Assembly (NCBI GenBank): GCA_963726255.1
Contig: CAVSBL010000002.1
Location: 2,144,001-2,208,000, forward strand
Source: Candidatus Bathyarchaeota archaeon
Lineage (GTDB): Archaea; Thermoproteota; Bathyarchaeia; 40CM-2-53-6
Direction: 5' to 3'
Length of the DNA: 64,000 nucleotides
The position numbers and the translations under genes are program-made. Below the pieces are notes generated by a model. It did not search any database. It was not told the origin of the DNA and was given only the letters and a program-made list of their open reading frames with translations. Of the stretch, positions 9,494 through 19,895 are shown in pieces. Within the stretch, counting starts at the first letter, position 1, and the number at the start of each line of letters is the position of its first letter.

Positions 9494-10471
9494 ATGGCAC
9501 AAGAAAACAAAGGCGTCTGGGTCTTCTCCGAAATGCAGCAACTAACCCTTGAACTACTCGGAAAAGGAAGAGGCCTAGCTGACCAACTTGGAACGCACCT
9601 TGCCGCCGTCTCGATTGGCAGCAGTGAAGAGGCACAGAAACTAATCCAACATGGCGCCGACAGAGTCTTCTCCATATCAGACCCGGCGTTGAAAACATTT
9701 CAAGTCGACACATACACAGACGGTCTCACGGCACTTGCAACCGAACACAAACCTGACGCGCTCCTGATAGGTGCAACTCGAAGCGGACTTGAGTTAGCAC
9801 CACGCCTAGCTGAAAGGCTCAAAACTGGCTGCGTAACTGAAGCGACAAGACTGGAACCAGACGCTGAGAAGAACTATATTCTCATAGATCGTGTAACTAT
9901 GGGCGGTAATCTAGTAGAGACTCAGATATCAAGATCGAAGCCACAGATTGCGACGATTCCCAAGGGATTATTCTCAGCGCTCCCCGCTGATACTTCACGT
10001 AAAGGCGAGGCCATCAAAGTCGAACCTAAGATCAAGCCCCCGAGCACAAAGCTCATCGAGACGAAACCAAAACCTGCGAAAGGTGTCAAACTGGTTGACG
10101 CACCCGTAATTGTTTCTTTCGGGCGAGGTGTACGCAAAAAGGAAGATATCGCCTTAATCGAACAGTTCGCACAGGCTGTAGGGGGAGTAGTTGGATGCTC
10201 TCGGCCGATCGCGGAGGACCTACGCTGGTTACCTGAAGAGCAATACATAGGGCTCTCTGGTCAAAAGGTCAGCCCCAAACTGTATTTTGCATTGGGAATT
10301 TCGGGGCAAATTCAACACCTGACCGGAATAAGAAATAGCCGGGTCATCGTTGCGGTGAACAATGACCCAAAGGCCCCAATTTTCGAGTTCAGCGACTACG
10401 GAATTGTGGCAGACCTATACCAACTTATCCCCGCCTTCACAGAAGCCATGAAACAATTAGGGCGGACCTAA
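9494..10471 (+). CDS. etfA: Electron transfer flavoprotein alpha subunit
   Basis: GRG, GCSRP, IGLSGQKVSPKLYFALGISGQIQH. Confidence 0.95.
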   Translation: MAQENKGVWVFSEMQQLTLELLGKGRGLADQLGTHLAAVSIGSSEEAQKLIQHGADRVFSISDPALKTFQVDTYTDGLTALATEHKPDALLIGATRSGLELAPRLAERLKTGCVTEATRLEPDAEKNYILIDRVTMGGNLVETQISRSKPQIATIPKGLFSALPADTSRKGEAIKVEPKIKPPSTKLIETKPKPAKGVKLVDAPVIVSFGRGVRKKEDIALIEQFAQAVGGVVGCSRPIAEDLRWLPEEQYIGLSGQKVSPKLYFALGISGQIQHLTGIRNSRVIVAVNNDPKAPIFEFSDYGIVADLYQLIPAFTEAMKQLGRT

Positions 10472-10514
10472 ACAGTACCCTGCGACCCGTACCTCCGTGG
10501 TAGTTTCCAAATCT

Positions 10515-11759
10515 TCAGCGACTTCTTCTAGTCCCCGTTCCAACCAGCGAGGGAACAGAAAGAACTGATGCTGATACGAGAGTTATGAAGAGGCGCGGGT
10601 CTCGAGCTAGGGAGAGTAGTGTTCTGCCTTGGAAGTCGATGTCCGCCGTTCTGTTGAGGATGTCATCCGCCTTCAATTCCGCCGATATTCTAAAAATACG
10701 ATCTAACTGGCGATCCGGCAATCTGTAGAGTAACCTACGGAGCCACGACATTGCAGTCAAATCGAGTCCGATGAGCCTCCGCCATGCCTTCTCATAGCTA
10801 CTCAGGCTGGAAGCAGATACGTCTCCCTCATGCACTGCATTTGCAGCTGTCTCACCAGCAATCTGCCCACAGGCCAAGCCGAAGACTATGCCACCGCCCG
10901 TCGTTGGCTTAACTTGGGACGCGGCGTCTCCTACAACCAAGACATTATTCGCGTATGTGCGGCCTGTCCCGCCGACGGGTATGGGGTGGTACACTGGGGC
11001 AGTTGTGGCTTTGGCGTGTTTCAGTTTAGTGGAAACGATGCGATGCCGGTGGATGAAGTTGTGGAAGCATTCCCGGACATTCGCACGTCCCCCTGCTGCT
11101 ATCCCAACTTTAGCCGAGCCGTCCCGGCGTGGTATGATCCACCCAAAGAACCCCGGCGCAAAACTCTGACCGAAATAAACCTCAACAAAATCCTCGTCAA
11201 CATCATTCAGGTTCTCCATGTTGAACTGGGCTGAATTCACGAGCATACCTCGGCCCGGCCTCGCGAGGCCAACGTATCTCGAAATGGAAGCTCCACAACC
11301 GCTGGCGTCAATTAGCATCTTGCAAGAAAACTCGCCTCCATTCCGGCCGCTAGCTCTGAGTCTTAGTTCTCCTCCAGAACGCTCGAAGCTTTCGACACGG
11401 GAGTTCAGACGCAATGCTGCTCCACGCTTAACTGCTAAGCGAGCTAGGTGCCTGTCGAATTCAGCACGATTCAGGACCCATGTAACCGGTTCCTTTCTGT
11501 AGAGTGTGAACGGTTTTCCGTTGGGTGGGTAAAGCATAGCTCCCTTGATCTCGTTCTCGATGAGACGTGCTGGTATTTCAGGAGCGAATTTCTTGAAGGC
11601 GAGTATGCCAACGTGGCCGGAACAATGGGAAGGTTCCCCAACCTGTTCGTGTTCTTCAAAGATAGAGACCGTGAGATCCTGCCGGGCGGCAGCTAGCGCT
11701 GCGCTTGCTCCGCTTACCCCGCATCCAATGATTGCTAGGTCAGCTGATTTCGCCGGCAA
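10515..11759 (-). CDS. Geranylgeranyl reductase family flavoprotein
   Basis: GCGVSG FAD motif, PGFFGWIIP, GDAASQVKPTTGGG. Confidence 0.88.
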   Translation of the reverse strand: MPAKSADLAIIGCGVSGASAALAAARQDLTVSIFEEHEQVGEPSHCSGHVGILAFKKFAPEIPARLIENEIKGAMLYPPNGKPFTLYRKEPVTWVLNRAEFDRHLARLAVKRGAALRLNSRVESFERSGGELRLRASGRNGGEFSCKMLIDASGCGASISRYVGLARPGRGMLVNSAQFNMENLNDVDEDFVEVYFGQSFAPGFFGWIIPRRDGSAKVGIAAGGRANVRECFHNFIHRHRIVSTKLKHAKATTAPVYHPIPVGGTGRTYANNVLVVGDAASQVKPTTGGGIVFGLACGQIAGETAANAVHEGDVSASSLSSYEKAWRRLIGLDLTAMSWLRRLLYRLPDRQLDRIFRISAELKADDILNRTADIDFQGRTLLSLARDPRLFITLVSASVLSVPSLVGTGTRRSR

Positions 11760-11831
11760 GGCTCGTTTTCACAATGGACCCAACGCGGTTGTGTATGTAA
11801 GAGACAAAGAGATTGAATTTGGCGAAGGCCA

Positions 11832-12083
11832 TTACGTTTGTGCTTGCTGTTCCACCATTTCCACGCGGCGTTTGCCTTTCATCTGGCGCGAAACCCTTAC
11901 TCGGCCCGTAACCTCGAGTTTCAGGAGTATTCGATTCAACTCGCGAAAGCTGATGTCCTCTTTGCCGTTTCGAAGCTCGCGCAGCAGCTCGTCGTCGGTC
12001 ATTGGGCCCTTTCGCCCTATGACTTCGAGCACTTGGAGTTGTAGGGGGCGTGGGCCCCACACCTTTTCCAACTGATTTGACAC
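11832..12083 (-). CDS. Small winged-helix protein downstream of cdc48
   Basis: wHTH-like pattern (ELNRILLKLEVTGRVRV); 17 nt after cdc48 stop. Confidence 0.75.
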   Translation of the reverse strand: MSNQLEKVWGPRPLQLQVLEVIGRKGPMTDDELLRELRNGKEDISFRELNRILLKLEVTGRVRVSRQMKGKRRVEMVEQQAQT

Positions 12084-12100
12084 TGTCAGTTACCTTTACC

Positions 12101-14281
12101 TTACGCGATGGGTGTTGGGGCGGCTGCTCTTTCCCTTCTGAGTCGTTTAGAGAACTTCTGGTACCATGCGTCGTCTTCTGCGGTTACGCTTGGGCCCACT
12201 CTCTCCATCGCGACATCGAAGTCGCGCCTTGAGACTTCTGTGGAATCAATGTCTTCTCTAAGCGCGTTCATGGCGGCTTCTCTGCAGATTGCTTCAATGT
12301 CCGCCCCAGAGTATCCCTGGGCTTTTCTAGCCAGTTCGTCAAGGACTATGTCTCTGGATAGGGGCATTCCGGTTGTATGAATCTTGAAGATCTCCTTCAA
12401 CGAGTCGAAATCCGGAGAGGGTACGTAGATTAACCGGTCGAATCTGCCCGGCCTCATGACGGCTGGGTCTAGGATGTCGGGCCGGTTCGTTGCAGCGATC
12501 ACTAGGACGTTCTGGAGCGTTTCGATGCCATCAATTTCGGTCAAGAGTTGGCTTATGACGCGTTCGCTTGCTCCTGAGTCAGCGTATCCTAAGCCACGCC
12601 TTGGCACTATCGCGTCGAGTTCGTCGAAGAAGATTATGGCGGGTGCTGCGGTTCGGCCTTTCCTGAAAACCTCGCGAATTGCCTTTTCAGATTCGCCAAC
12701 CCACTTTGAGAAGATTTCGGGGCCCTTTATTGAGATGAAATTCGCTTCGCTTTCCGTCGCCACCGCCCTTGCTAAGAGTGTCTTTCCGCATCCAGGGGGT
12801 CCGTAGAGTAGGATTCCTCGTGGCGGTTTGATGCCCATCTTCTTGAATACTTCTGGTTTCTTGAGAGGCCACTCAACCGACTCCATCAGTTCCTGCTTAA
12901 CCTGTTTCAGGCCGCCGACTTCGGTCCAGTGAACCTGCGGGACCTCTACATACACTTCACGCATAGCGGTCGGGGTGATTTCCCTGTAAGCTGAGAGGAA
13001 GTCGTCCATTTTGACCATCATTTTCTCAAGGGTTTCAGGTGGTATCCGTTCCTCCTCAAGGTTGATTTCAGGTATGTATCGCCTGAGCGCCTTCATGGCT
13101 GCTTCACGGCAAAGGGATGCGATGTCGGCTCCTGTGTAGCCGTGGGTCACATCAGACAGCCGTTTCAGCTCAACGTCTTCTGCTAGCGGCATGTTGCGTG
13201 TGTGAATTTGCAGAACTTCATACCGCCCCGCCTTGTCGGGCACGCCGATTTCCACTTCACGGTCAAACCTTCCAGGCCTACGCAAAGCTGGGTCTATTGC
13301 GTTCGGACGGTTTGTGGCTCCTATGACTATGATGTTTCCGCGCGAGCCCATACCGTCCATGAGTGATAGGAGTTGGGCAACTACTCGTCGTTCAACTTCT
13401 CCAGTAACTTCCTCACGCTTGGGTGCGATAGCATCCATTTCATCGATGAAAATAATGCTTGGAGAAGTTTCTTGGGCTTTCTGGAAGATCTCGCGCAACC
13501 TAGCCTCTGATTCGCCGTAGAACTTAGACATGATTTCCGGGCCGGAAATCACATAGAAGTTCGCATCGGATTCGTTTGCGACAGCCTTCGCTAGCAACGT
13601 CTTGCCGCATCCTGGAGGGCCGTACAGAAATACGCCTCGAGGCGGCTCAATGCCTAACCGTTGGAAAAGTTCAGGGTGCCTAAGTGGCAACTCCACCATC
13701 TCCCTGATCCGTTGGATCTCCTCATGGAGGCCGCCTATGTCCTCATAGGTGACTATCGGGATGCCTTTCTTCTCAGGCGTTGGTTCACTTAGAACCTGCA
13801 CATGTGCCGTTTCAATGATTTTCACGGGGCCATGCGGTCGTGTTCGTGTAACAACTAATGGGACTGCGCTTCCAAAGATAGAAAGCAGCGTCATGTCTCC
13901 TTCGATGAAAGGCATGTCCATGAATCGGCGTTTTACGAAGCTAACGAATTCTTCATCAACGCTTAAGCGGACATCGGTGGGCGCGAAGATAATCGCTTGA
14001 GCATCCTTCACGTCCGCTTTCCTTACGCTCACATACTCGTTGAGGGCTACACCAGCATTCCTTCGGATTAGACCGTCCATTCGAATGATTTCCTGACCCT
14101 GATCTTCAGCGTAAGCCGGCCAGGCTACCGCGACGGTCATCTTCTTTCCATGTATCTCGACGAAGTCGCCTGCAGTTATGCCCAATTTCTGCATAGTTTC
14201 GTTGTCAATGCGGACTTTGCCATGCCCAACATCACGCTGTCTGGCATCCGCAACTCGCAAAGAAGATTCTTTACTGCTCAT
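12101..14281 (-). CDS. cdc48: CDC48/VCP family AAA+ ATPase
   Basis: N-domain plus two AAA domains with GPPGCGKT Walker A and RPGRFDR. Confidence 0.97.
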   Translation of the reverse strand: MSSKESSLRVADARQRDVGHGKVRIDNETMQKLGITAGDFVEIHGKKMTVAVAWPAYAEDQGQEIIRMDGLIRRNAGVALNEYVSVRKADVKDAQAIIFAPTDVRLSVDEEFVSFVKRRFMDMPFIEGDMTLLSIFGSAVPLVVTRTRPHGPVKIIETAHVQVLSEPTPEKKGIPIVTYEDIGGLHEEIQRIREMVELPLRHPELFQRLGIEPPRGVFLYGPPGCGKTLLAKAVANESDANFYVISGPEIMSKFYGESEARLREIFQKAQETSPSIIFIDEMDAIAPKREEVTGEVERRVVAQLLSLMDGMGSRGNIIVIGATNRPNAIDPALRRPGRFDREVEIGVPDKAGRYEVLQIHTRNMPLAEDVELKRLSDVTHGYTGADIASLCREAAMKALRRYIPEINLEEERIPPETLEKMMVKMDDFLSAYREITPTAMREVYVEVPQVHWTEVGGLKQVKQELMESVEWPLKKPEVFKKMGIKPPRGILLYGPPGCGKTLLARAVATESEANFISIKGPEIFSKWVGESEKAIREVFRKGRTAAPAIIFFDELDAIVPRRGLGYADSGASERVISQLLTEIDGIETLQNVLVIAATNRPDILDPAVMRPGRFDRLIYVPSPDFDSLKEIFKIHTTGMPLSRDIVLDELARKAQGYSGADIEAICREAAMNALREDIDSTEVSRRDFDVAMERVGPSVTAEDDAWYQKFSKRLRRERAAAPTPIA

Positions 14282-14437
14282 CGTTTGACTCCCTCAACGG
14301 GATACCCGCACGATTTGTGCTGTTCAGACCTTGAGTCCTGCTATTAAAATCCCTTTTGTAATCTGCATCATTTGCCTGTACTGTTTTCGAGGTGGTGGTA
14401 TGGACTGTGAAATCCTTCATTCAAGTTCCAACCTTGG

Positions 14438-14489
14438 ATTTTGTTACCTTGAGTAACAAAATGACAATATAAGCGTTACTTTAAGTAAC
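14438..14489. promoter_or_regulatory. Tandem palindromic operators (GTTAC-N5-GTAAC) flanking a minus-strand TATA box; Phr-like heat-shock element for cdc48
   Basis: ATTTTGTTAC-CTTGA-GTAACAAAAT (14438-14462) and GTTAC-TTTAA-GTAAC (14475-14489) with CTTATATT (minus, 14473-14466) between them. Confidence 0.7.
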
Positions 14490-14493
14490 CGTT

Positions 14494-14763
14494 TCAGAAG
14501 CGCCTGACGTTCAAAACTTGAATCTCGCTAACCAAGTCCACCGCACGTATGGCCTCTTCGACTTGGTCCATTTTGCCTGCCTCATCTTCCGGCAGAACAA
14601 CATGCGCTATCAATGCGACCAGTCCAAAGGCCACGGGCTCCTCCTCGAATTTTTCGACAGTAGAACCGGTAGGGAGAGACGCTTGAACCTTCGACTTTAG
14701 GTTACTGAGGTCGATGTTTGCGTCGTTCGGGAAGATCTTGATGGATGCGAGTACCTTTGCCAA
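14494..14763 (-). CDS. ef1b: Translation elongation factor 1-beta
   Basis: EEEPVAFGLVAL motif; TTG start. Confidence 0.93.
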   Translation of the reverse strand: MAKVLASIKIFPNDANIDLSNLKSKVQASLPTGSTVEKFEEEPVAFGLVALIAHVVLPEDEAGKMDQVEEAIRAVDLVSEIQVLNVRRF

Positions 14764-14788
14764 AGTTTTCGTTCCAACCAGGAAAATC

Positions 14789-14992
14789 TCATGGGCCCGT
14801 GAAACCGCATTTAACGCAACGGTAGGGGCGGCCAAACATTCGGCATTTCTCGCAGCGCCAGATTGTCACTTCGCCGCAACTGGGGCAAGGGAACTTGACT
14901 GCCCCCTCGCCAGGGAGTATGGTTCGCGCACACCACGTACATGTGGGCATGCGTATGCTCTTTTCGCTGGATACGGTAGCAGTAGCGCTCAA
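14789..14992 (-). CDS. Zinc-finger protein DUF1610 (HVO_2753-like)
   Basis: CTWC, FPCPSCG, IWRCEKCR, YRCVKCGFTGP; usual neighbour of EF-1beta. Confidence 0.92.
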   Translation of the reverse strand: MSATATVSSEKSIRMPTCTWCARTILPGEGAVKFPCPSCGEVTIWRCEKCRMFGRPYRCVKCGFTGP

Positions 14993-15174
14993 TCACTGGC
15001 ACTTCGGGTTCCCTCACGCACAGCTCTGAAGGTTATAAATTGATTGCTAGTTTGAACCGGTTCCCATTGTCTCAGCCACGCCTAAGGTCATGCCGAAGAG
15101 AGAACCGGCAAATTCAAACAGCAGGCTTGGTGACATTTACTCAGCTACTTCCAGTCTACTGTAGTGAGACAACC

Positions 15175-15633
15175 TTGGTCAAAATAGATTCAGTTTGCGA
15201 TCTCGACAGGTTTCGACGTTTCATGATTATGAGTACATGTCAAACCTACATCCCGCTTGACATGGATGAGGATGAGACCATCTACCCTGAACGATCTTCA
15301 GACAAGGGCACGATGTATGTTGAGGCCGAAGATAAGGAGACCCTTCAGCAGATACGCGAGATTAGGTTCACTAGAGTATCAAATGTTCTAGGGATAATCT
15401 ACAATTCCAAGAGTGGCCGAACACAGTTGAAATGGCGGCACCTGAAAGGCAGGGTAGGCCGGCTGAGTGGTGAAGCGAGCCCGAACACCTTAGTCAACCT
15501 ATTCGCTTCTCAGGCCCTACCTGAGTCCTATGCGATAGCCGAACCTGAACGTGAACGAGAGTCGGAAACCCAACCGGAACCGCCCGGAGCGGAAGCCTCA
15601 ACCTCAATTCATGAGGCCTTCGCAGACACCTGA
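15175..15633 (+). CDS. Hypothetical protein, globular core with acidic tail
   Basis: Protein-like core (YVEAEDK, VLGIIYNSKSG); TTG start chosen. Confidence 0.7.
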   Translation: MVKIDSVCDLDRFRRFMIMSTCQTYIPLDMDEDETIYPERSSDKGTMYVEAEDKETLQQIREIRFTRVSNVLGIIYNSKSGRTQLKWRHLKGRVGRLSGEASPNTLVNLFASQALPESYAIAEPERERESETQPEPPGAEASTSIHEAFADT

Positions 15634-15751
15634 AAGTCAATCACAACAGTGCGCCTAGCTCCGAAACGTACCTGCGAGTCTTGCGCTGTGGGAGTCTAAA
15701 GGGCTAATCTAACATGGACAAACGTCTCTCCGCAAAGGCGCAAATGGCTCA

Positions 15752-15892
15752 ATGCGACTTGAATCAGAGGTTCGCAGATCCGCGATCCTAGAGCAACACT
15801 TCGTTCATGGTAGATGGAAGATCATCAAGGTCTACATCAAAGGAGAGCTTCGCGAGATCATCGTCAGGAGCAGGGAAGGCTATCATACCTAG
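15752..15892 (+). CDS. Hypothetical 46-aa protein (MRLESEVRRSAILEQHFVHGRWKIIKVYIKGELREIIVRSREGYHT)
   Basis: ATG-TAG ORF filling the gap before fen; beta-strand-like alternating hydrophobicity. Confidence 0.45.
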   Translation: MRLESEVRRSAILEQHFVHGRWKIIKVYIKGELREIIVRSREGYHT

Positions 15893-15987
15893 AAGGCCCA
15901 TCTTCTACTCACACCCATCTAAACGTGCTAGGCAACTTTTGTAATGAGGAAGTCGCTGGTACAACCGTGCTGCGGCCGTGGTAACTG

Positions 15988-17022
15988 TTGGGTGTTGACC
16001 TAGCCGATATCGTACCTGAGCAGGAAATTTCTCTCGACAATCTATCACATAAGACGCTGGCGGTGGACGCATACAACGCGCTGTTCCAATTTCTTGCCAT
16101 AATCCGGCAGCCTGACGGGACGCCGTTGAAGGATCGGCAGGGAAGAATCACGAGTCATCTTAGCGGTCTCTTGTATAGGACGACAAACCTGGCTGAGAAA
16201 GGAGTGAGGCTCGCCTTCGTTTTTGATGGGAAACCGCCGGAACTTAAGGCGCTTGAAATTCGCAGGCGACGGCAGGTGAAAGAGGAAGCCGTGGTGCGAT
16301 ATGAGCGGGCGCTCAAGGAAGGAAAGTTGGAAGAAGCAAGAACATACGCCCAAGCCACCTCACAATTGAAGGATACCATGGTCGAGGACGCCAAGAAACT
16401 TCTCGATGCCCTCGGCGTTGCTTGGATTCAGGCCCCTTCAGAAGGAGAAGCCCAAGCCGCATTCATCGCATCACGAGGGGAAGTCTGGGGCGTTGCCTCC
16501 CAAGACCATGATTCGCTACTTTTCGGGGCTCCAAGAATGGTGAAGAACCTTGCTATCACAGGCCGCAGAAAACTGCCGCGCAGGAATGCCTACGTCGAGG
16601 TCGAACCTAAATTAATTGAATTGGCAAAAGTGCTCGAAGAGTTCTCACTTACAAGAGAACAACTTGTCGATGTGGGCATACTGATAGGGACGGACTTCAA
16701 CCCTGATGGTGTCAAGGGTATCGGCCCCAAAACCGCCGTTAAACTGATCTATGAACACGGTAATCTCGAAAAAGTCATGGCAAGCAACCCGGGCATAATA
16801 ATCCATCCAGAACCGGACCTCATACGGAAAATCTTCCTGCAACCAGACGTAACGCCTAGCTATTCGCTGAAGTGGTCGAAGCCCGATGAAGGGAAGGTCG
16901 TTTCCTTCCTCTGTGGTGAGCGAGATTTCTCCGAAGATCGCGTGCGAAAAGCAGTCTCGAGAATGATAACAGCGGATGCGCCCTCCACACCGAAAAAGAC
17001 ACTTGAGTCTTACTTCAGCTAG
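15988..17022 (+). CDS. fen: Flap endonuclease 1
   Basis: DAYNALFQFL, FVFDG, EGEAQAA, GTDFN, C-terminal PIP-like KTLESYF. Confidence 0.97.
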   Translation: MGVDLADIVPEQEISLDNLSHKTLAVDAYNALFQFLAIIRQPDGTPLKDRQGRITSHLSGLLYRTTNLAEKGVRLAFVFDGKPPELKALEIRRRRQVKEEAVVRYERALKEGKLEEARTYAQATSQLKDTMVEDAKKLLDALGVAWIQAPSEGEAQAAFIASRGEVWGVASQDHDSLLFGAPRMVKNLAITGRRKLPRRNAYVEVEPKLIELAKVLEEFSLTREQLVDVGILIGTDFNPDGVKGIGPKTAVKLIYEHGNLEKVMASNPGIIIHPEPDLIRKIFLQPDVTPSYSLKWSKPDEGKVVSFLCGERDFSEDRVRKAVSRMITADAPSTPKKTLESYFS

Positions 17023-17052
17023 AGCACGGTTCGTAATTCGTTTCGTGTCTGC

Positions 17053-17733
17053 CTAGATATTCCAACCGTGCCTTCCCCTCATAGGGACAAAAGCAACTCC
17101 GCCCAAGTTCTCATGCGTAAGCCCGCGGCCTTTCTTTCTTACCCTGACCAGTTCTTGGTAGAACTGAGCCCCACCCACAGGGATGAGAAGGGTGCCCCCT
17201 ACTTTGATCTGGTTTGTGAGCTCGGATGGAATCTCCGGCGCCGCACTCGTCACTATAATCAGGTCGAATGGTGCTTCTGCTTCGAAGCCCTCGGAGGCAT
17301 CTGCTTCAAGGAAGGTTACCCTATCAGCGTACCCTAAGTGTTCCACATTCCTTCTCCCAGACTCTGCAAGTTCTGGCACAATCTCTGCCGACCACACATG
17401 TCCCCAGGTTTCTTTCGGTTGTTCGGAAGGGGCGACTACTTCAGCGTAAACGCAGCTCATGTAACCACAGCCACCGCCGACCTCCAACACGCGCTGGCCC
17501 AATCTCATTTCGCCATATTCACAGAACAGGGCAGTCATGTGGAGGGCGCTTGTCGTTTGGCCGTGCCCGATTGGTATTGGAGAGTCGGCGTAGGCATACG
17601 CCTTAACCTCAGGCGGTAGGAATTCTTCGCGTGGGACTCTGTTCATTGCCCTAATTACTTCCGCAGTTCGTAGAATCCCCTCATCTCTGAGTTCGTCTAC
17701 CGCTTGCCGTCTTAATTCGGCAAAGTCCGTCAA
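17053..17733 (-). CDS. pcm: Protein-L-isoaspartate O-methyltransferase
   Basis: VPREEF, AYADSPIPIGHGQT, LEVGGGCGY, FVPM. Confidence 0.92.
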   Translation of the reverse strand: MTDFAELRRQAVDELRDEGILRTAEVIRAMNRVPREEFLPPEVKAYAYADSPIPIGHGQTTSALHMTALFCEYGEMRLGQRVLEVGGGCGYMSCVYAEVVAPSEQPKETWGHVWSAEIVPELAESGRRNVEHLGYADRVTFLEADASEGFEAEAPFDLIIVTSAAPEIPSELTNQIKVGGTLLIPVGGAQFYQELVRVRKKGRGLTHENLGGVAFVPMRGRHGWNI

Positions 17734-17807
17734 TTCTTTCGGCCCGTAAGCACATGTACAAGCCAATAAGGATTCAAAGGATTGTTGCTGAAGAGGTTTG
17801 GTCTGAT

Positions 17808-18233
17808 TTGAGAAGCGTCGAGGAATTATACGCGCAAGGTCATCCGAACATTCTGGCAAAGCATCCAACCACTTTCGAGGTCACGAAAGATAAGGCGCTG
17901 ACCCTCCGTGGAGACTGTGTCATCGGCGTCAACGCCAACAAAGGGCCCCATGACTTCTCCAATCAATTCATAGATTTGTGCAGGCAAGATGAATCCAGAA
18001 TACAAATTCAATTTCAAGCAGATGGGATTGTTGACTCTATAGAGGGAAGGGGTAGCCGCAAACTTACCTTCAAACATTCGAGCGAATCGGTTGGCAGAAG
18101 GTCGTCGTTTGCTTCAAGTCGTACGATCATGGTTAAGGCGGACAGAGCTGCACGCGACCTGAACCGAGAGCTTATCGACGCCCTAACTCGTAGTGAGGCA
18201 AAGTTGTGGGTTAGAATCACGGTGGAACTCTAG
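17808..18233 (+). CDS. DUF371 domain protein
   Basis: GHPNILAKHPTTFEVTKD, RGDCVIGV. Confidence 0.9.
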   Translation: MRSVEELYAQGHPNILAKHPTTFEVTKDKALTLRGDCVIGVNANKGPHDFSNQFIDLCRQDESRIQIQFQADGIVDSIEGRGSRKLTFKHSSESVGRRSSFASSRTIMVKADRAARDLNRELIDALTRSEAKLWVRITVEL

Positions 18234-19299
18234 CGCCCACAAATGCGTCGATGGCCACTTGCACACGGTTTGGTGCCACCTCTTTGATCACCTTACAGAA
18301 TCGTATCGATTCCAATCTTCTGCCGTGCGATTCGACAGTGGATCGGAAGGACTCAACGATTGTCTCGAGGTTTTCATCACGCCCTGCGAATGTGTAGAAG
18401 TGTATCATTCCTCCTTCGCCTTTGAGTATCTGGGACGCGGCTGCGAGGTAGCGGCTTGCTTCGGACGGAAGGTTCATTATGACGCGATTGGCGATTCCCC
18501 GTAATTTCATCCGTGCCAATTCTTCAACGTCCCCTAGCATGGGAATCACACGGTCGGCAACGCGGTTTGCAAAGATGTTCTCCTTGAGGTACTTTACAGC
18601 TGAAGGGTTGATGTCGACAGAACACACAGTCGACCGTGGTTGCTGTCTTGCAATCAGTATGGAGTATGGGCCAACCCCAGCAAACATGTCCACGACCGAT
18701 TCATTTGGCATCACCTGGCGCGCAATCCGTATCCGTTCACGGGAAAGCCTTGGGTTAAAGTAGACTGTTGAAGCGTCGAGTTGATAGCGGCATGAAAATT
18801 CGCTGTGAACTGTTTCTGTGCCACCACCTCCCGCCATGACCTCGAACTTACGTGTCCTGAAAGTGCCCTCAACTTGGCCGGATCTTCTTAACGCTAGTCG
18901 GACGTGCTGGTTGATTTTCATAACTTCTTGTCCGATCACCTCTGAATACTGCTCCAAACCTTCGGGTAAGTCAACGACGGCAATGTCTCCGATTACATCG
19001 AAAGACTTTGGTAGTTTTGCTATGAGCCCATCCGGAATTCGACCCCGAAGAGACGCCTGAAGGGTTCTGACAATCTCTTTTGTTTCTTCGAATGAGGCCA
19101 GTTGGGTTTTAACATCGCCTATTTGTTCTCTTATGAGCATGCTTTCGTTTTCTGTCGGCATACGGGTTAGCGGCACGAGAATGCCAAGATGAGTTCGTTG
19201 AAATTGGTGCTTGTTATCAACAAGTCCTAGCTTCCGCAGTAGCCGGAGCCCTCTCTCGGCCATATTGAAATGTAAGAGAATTCCATGCTGCGCCGTCAA
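18217..19299 (-). CDS. trm5: tRNA (guanine37-N1)-methyltransferase Trm5 family
   Basis: FDVIGDIA, YFNPRL, DMFAGVGPY, MNLP. Confidence 0.92.
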   Translation of the reverse strand: MTAQHGILLHFNMAERGLRLLRKLGLVDNKHQFQRTHLGILVPLTRMPTENESMLIREQIGDVKTQLASFEETKEIVRTLQASLRGRIPDGLIAKLPKSFDVIGDIAVVDLPEGLEQYSEVIGQEVMKINQHVRLALRRSGQVEGTFRTRKFEVMAGGGGTETVHSEFSCRYQLDASTVYFNPRLSRERIRIARQVMPNESVVDMFAGVGPYSILIARQQPRSTVCSVDINPSAVKYLKENIFANRVADRVIPMLGDVEELARMKLRGIANRVIMNLPSEASRYLAAASQILKGEGGMIHFYTFAGRDENLETIVESFRSTVESHGRRLESIRFCKVIKEVAPNRVQVAIDAFVGARVPP

Positions 19300-19401
19300 A
19301 TTCACTCGTCCATCCAAATTCAAGAACTTCAAATGTGGATTAATCCGCACAATGCTAAATACTCAAGCGACCAACTACCAACCGTGATTGAGGCTTTAGC
19401 T

Positions 19402-19743
19402 TTGGTGCAGTGGCGCAGAAGGGAAGAAGTAGTTGGCAAAGACGTAGTCGACAGCGAAGCTAGGAAGTTGGGTATTACGAAGGATTTTGCATGGTCATCT
19501 GACGGTCGGTTAGCGTTGGTCATTGAGGCTAGCGAAGAGGAAGAATCGTATCTTCCATTCGAAGACATTCAAAAGATCGGTGATGTTGTATTCGTAAAGG
19601 CAAGGTCTGCATTGGTCGTTGCACCGTCAGTCACTTGCCCTGTGTGCAAGCACAAGAACTTAGTCGAAGCGAAGTTCTGCGCCAAGTGTGGGCGCCTCTT
19701 GGAAAGCAGAGATGAGAAGAAGGACAGAAAACGTCCGGGATAG
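19402..19743 (+). CDS. PRC-barrel protein with C-terminal double zinc ribbon
   Basis: GKDVVDSEARKLG...LPFEDIQKIGDVVFV; CPVC and FCAKCG. Confidence 0.8.
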   Translation: MVQWRRREEVVGKDVVDSEARKLGITKDFAWSSDGRLALVIEASEEEESYLPFEDIQKIGDVVFVKARSALVVAPSVTCPVCKHKNLVEAKFCAKCGRLLESRDEKKDRKRPG

Positions 19744-19895
19744 CTACGCTAAGATGGCCCACGGGCTCCTCTTGTCTTAAGGTAGCTTGCTTTGGGACCT
19801 GACAAGGCCATTACTTGCTTCATATCTACTCAGGGTATGGACAGAAAGCAAAAACACTTTTATTCGCACCGAAACAAGCCCAACGAGTGCCCGGG

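Noticed and set aside
14271-14420. 49-codon minus-strand ORF (MKDFTVHTTTSK...) overlapping the cdc48 start
   Set aside because: No motif, polar random-looking composition, and it crosses a likely TATA box.
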